From assembly GCF_009914755.1 (NCBI RefSeq), contig NC_060927.1: a DNA stretch of 64,000 bases, one strand, 5' to 3'. This stretch comes from the human T2T-CHM13v2.0 reference genome, Homo sapiens. Positions 57,501 through 64,000 of the stretch are shown piece after piece; the stretch's first letter is position 1, and the number at the start of each line of letters is the position of its first letter. The notes under the pieces are model-generated. The model did not search any database and was not told the DNA's origin. It was given only the letters and a program-made list of their open reading frames with translations. A program made the position numbers and the translations under genes.

Positions 57501-57858
57501 TCATTTTTAACTTAAAGTCTATTTTATTCTATATGTCTAGCTACCCCTACTCTTTTTAGTTTCCATTTTCATGGAATGTCTTTTTCCATCCCTTTCTTTG
57601 GTTTTCAATCTATTTATGTGTTTATAGTTGAAGTAAGTTTCTTGTTGGCAGCTTGTGTCTTGTTTTGTTATATTTTTGTTGTTTTTAATCTATTCTGCCA
57701 CGCTATGTCTTTTAACTAAATAATTTAGTCAATCTACACTCAAGGTTATTATTGATAGGTAAGAACTTACTGCTGATGTTTTATTGTTTTCTGATTGTTT
57801 TATAACTACTCCCTTTCTTTCTTTCTTTTTCCTTTCATCTTACTCTGTGATTAAGTTA

Positions 57859-59740
<1,882 letters not shown>

Positions 59741-59929
59741 AGTTTGTGTGACAAAAAAAAGCTATTTTATTTGGTAATATGTTTTAAATTCGTTATTTTT
59801 TATTTTTACTTTTTCACTTTTTATTCTTACTCTATTAAATATTTTCGCTTTGTGTTTACCATGAGGCTTACCAAAAACATCTTATAATTTTAACATCCTC
59901 TAAAATCTGTAACAAGACGAGGATACTGA

Positions 59930-60234
<305 letters not shown>

Positions 60235-61874
60235 AATTCCACTTCTTTTATTCAACCTAGTACTGAAAGATCTAGCCAGAGCAATTAGGCAAGAGAAAGA
60301 AAGAAAGGGAAATTTTCCAAATTGGAAAACAGGAAGTCAAATTGCTCTTGTTTTCTCATACTGTTATGTATATAAACCCTAAAGACTCCATCCAAAAACT
60401 ATTAGAATTTATACATTTAGTAAAGTTTATAGAATACAAAATCAACATACAAACATCCGTAGCATCTGTACACATCAATAGCAAATGATCTGCAAAGGAA
60501 ATCAAGAAATCAATTCTATTTACAATATCTACAAGAATAATAATACCTAGAAATAAATTTAACCAAGGGGGCAAAACATCTCTACAGTGAAAACTAGATA
60601 ACGTTGATGAAAGAAATTAAAGAAAACACAAATAAATAAGAAGATATTTTGTGTTCATAGATTGGAAGAATTAATATTTTAAAGACGTCTGTATTACCCG
60701 AAGCAATCTACAGATTCAATGCAATCCCTATGAAAATAACAATAGCATTCTTCACAGAAATAGAAAACAAACCTTAAAATTCATTTGGAAATGCAAAAGA
60801 TCCTGGATTGTCAAAGCAATCATGAGAAAAAGAAAATAATGCTGGAGGCATCACAATACCTGACTACAAAATATACTACAATGCTATAGTAACCAGAACA
60901 GCATGGTATTAGCCCAAAAATAGATTTATAGACTAATGAAACAGAATACAGAGTTCAGAAGTAAATGCATACATTTATAGCCAACTGCTTTTTAACAAAG
61001 GTGCCAAAACACACATTGAAAAATGAATTATTTCTTAAAAAAATGACACAAGCAAAACTGAATGTTTACAAGCAGAAGAATTAAACAAGGCTCCTCTCAC
61101 TATGTTCAAAAATCAACTCTAAATATATTAAAGACATAAATATATGACCTCCAACTGAAAGAAAACATAGGAGAAACACTTCGGAACCTTGGGCTAGGAG
61201 ATGATTTTTTCAACAAAATCTCAAAAGCACTGGCAACCAAAGCAAAAAGTAGAAAAATAGGGTTATGTCAAACTAAAAAGCTTCTGCACAACAAAGAAGA
61301 CAATCATGATAATGAAGAGACAACCTATAGAATGGGAAGAAGTATTTGCAAACTATACATTTGACAAAGGGTTAATATCCAGAATATATATAAGGAACTC
61401 AAACAACTCAATGGCAAACAAAAGATCCATCCACAAATAATCCAATTAAAAGACGGTCAAAAGATCTGAGTTACACATTTCTCAAAAGAAGACATACAAA
61501 TGTCCAATAGATATATGAAAGACTGTTCAATATCAATAGTCATTGGAAAAATGCAAATCAAAACCATGAGATATTACCTCACCCTAAGTAAAATGACTAT
61601 TATCAAAAAGACAAAACATAACAAACCTTAGGGAAGATGTGGAAAAAGGGGAACACTTATGTTCTGTTGGTAGGAATGTAGATTAGCACAGCCATTATAG
61701 AAAACAGTGTGGTAGTTTCTTAAAAAATTAAAAATAGAACTATCCAAAGGATGTAGAGTATGTTTGTTAAAGAATTATCTCTACTCTTAATTTTATTGCC
61801 GTTCTATGCATGATAACCAAGAATAGAATCAACCTAAATGCTCATCTCACATGAATAAAAAATATGTGATTTGG

Positions 61875-61963
61875 AAATATATATATAATATTCCATTGTA
61901 TATATGTGTGTATATATATATATATATACAGACATAAAATCACTTAATGTTTATTCTGTTCAT

Positions 61964-61999
<36 letters not shown>

Positions 62000-62190
62000 G
62001 TATTCTATCACATACGGAATACCATACCATATACAATGAAATAGTATTCCATTGATTAAATACATACATACCTATGTACATATATATATACACACACACA
62101 TATATGTATGTAAATATGTATGTATTGAATCAATGGAATACTGTTTCATTATATACGGTATAGTATTATATAGATGATGAAATACTACTT
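61875..62190. repeat. Compound (TA)n/(TG)n/(CA)n tract with a long inverted repeat inside the L1MA
   Basis: Microsatellites by inspection; inverted arms at 62019-62070 and 62115-62166. Confidence 0.8.
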
Positions 62191-64000
62191 GGGGCATAGA
62201 ACAGAATGAAATAGTGTTATTCACAGCAACGTTGACTGTGGAAGACAATGTTAAATGAAATAAGCCAGGCACAGAAAGACACTGTATTATCATTAATCCG
62301 TGGAATCTGAACAAGTGGATTGCATAAAAGTAGAGAATAGAATAGTGTGTACCAAAGACTGGGGATGGGGGTAGAAGGTGGGTGTACTGGGAGAGGTTGA
62401 TCAAAGGGTACAAAATAAAAGTCGAACAGGAAGAATAGTTATTGCATTCTATTACATAGTAGGGTGACTGTAGCTAATAACACTGTGGTGTACATTTCCA
62501 GACAGCTAGAAGAAAAAATTTCAAATATTATCACCAGAAAGAAATGATAAATATTTACAGTGTTGGATGTGGTAATTACTCTGATTTGATCATTACATGA
62601 TGTATACATGCATTAAAGCATAATATTGTACCCCATAAATATGCAAAATTATGTCAATTATAATTTTTTTAAATAACTAAAAACTTTATTTTATACTCAG
62701 CAGTAATGTCAACTGAACATGAAGGTGATCAAAATAAAGGATCATATTTGAGAATAGTCAGGTAAATAATACAGATATTGTTAACTCAGGGAGCATTTTT
62801 CATTTGTGATTTATTCATCTTAAACATACTGTATTTCTTCCTTGAGATTAAACCTGAAAACTTCTACCTAAACACATTTTTCTTTCTATTAGCTCATTGA
62901 ATGAATAGAAATGGAGAGACATTCTTAATATATAATTGATAATCATTTTTCAACTTTATTATTTCTAGAAATTTCTTCTTTCATGTATGCTTAAAATGCT
63001 ACAGAAAAGATGGTTAAACTTTCTGTCTTTGGCCTTGAAACAAATGGTGCTTGTGATAGGGACAAGCTGGAAGATATGTATCTTATCAATACTGTTGTGA
63101 CTCTGCTGTACCATCCAGATTGGTGCAGCTAGCTCATCTAGATAATACATGCATTTTAATCAATAATTTAATTAAGCCTTATGTTGAAAAGCAATAAGTT
63201 CAAATAATATTCTAGAAAATTTTTCATTTGCAACTTAGAAATATGTCAGTTCATTTAAAATGATTTTTACAAGTATTATGACATTTTAATCTCAAATTCC
63301 CATTTGGATAAACTACCTGTCCTGTCAGAGCCTGGTTTACCTTGGGCCACCATAACACCCTTATACAAGTAACATAATTACATCCTGAACTCAGCTGCCA
63401 GCTGATTACATTTCCATTCATAACCTATCTTGACTGCTGTACTCATTATTCTAGGTTAAAAAGGCTTTCGATAAAGAAAATCTTCATTTACTTACATAAA
63501 ATTATATCTGAGTTTTGCATTCTAACCTTCATTAACCATTCTTTAGCTTACCTAATATTGGCATATAAAATCATTTAAAACTAATTGATACTCATTCTAT
63601 ATGAAGGAAAATATGTACATAAAATAGTTTTAGGGCTTTAAGATGTCACATGGCCACAGCAGTTTTAAGATGCTGTATCTATTCCTTTCTTGCAAAGAAA
63701 AAATACTTTTCTTTACTAGACATAGCATTTTTTTTTTTTATTTTTCACTACCTCTCTTCATTTCGCAATATCTGTCATCAAACTGAGCTAGTAATCTCTT
63801 TTACCAGGATTTATTTTTTCTCATTAACAGTGCCATTCTCAAGGAAATGATTATATATAGTGTTTAAAATGGAAGACTTTGTAAGAAATAGAGATTATGT
63901 GATTCTCCTTCTATCATGCCTTGTTGATAAAACAAAATGTAAATTTACACATTCTATTTTGGGTATTCAGAAAAAAATAAAGTCACATGCCACTTTGTTT

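Overview
AT-rich, gene-poor primate (very likely human) genomic DNA. It is dominated by interspersed repeats: LINE-1 of several ages, Alu, MaLR/ERVL LTRs, a near full-length THE1 element, a MER11 (HERV-K HML-8) solo LTR, and MIR/L2 remnants. No intact protein-coding gene is visible; nearly all ORF-track entries are repeat-derived or chance. The standout is a ~1.28 kb unspliced intron-exon-intron fragment of the ciliary gene HYDIN (19983-21262). It has a 224-bp open exon with intact splice sites, an AATAAA signal, a pure 25-A run and a 16-bp target-site duplication, and contains no recognisable L1 sequence. This is the signature of an L1-machinery-mediated orphan transduction (exon shuffling) and probably corresponds to the pseudogene named HYDINP1 (name from recall, not verified). 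Four L1s show twin-priming 5' inversions, one of them with an ORF2/ORF1 jump, and there are several templated micro-rearrangements. Repeat subfamily calls are from recognition of consensus motifs by eye, not from a database search. I see no evidence of a wholly new biological system.
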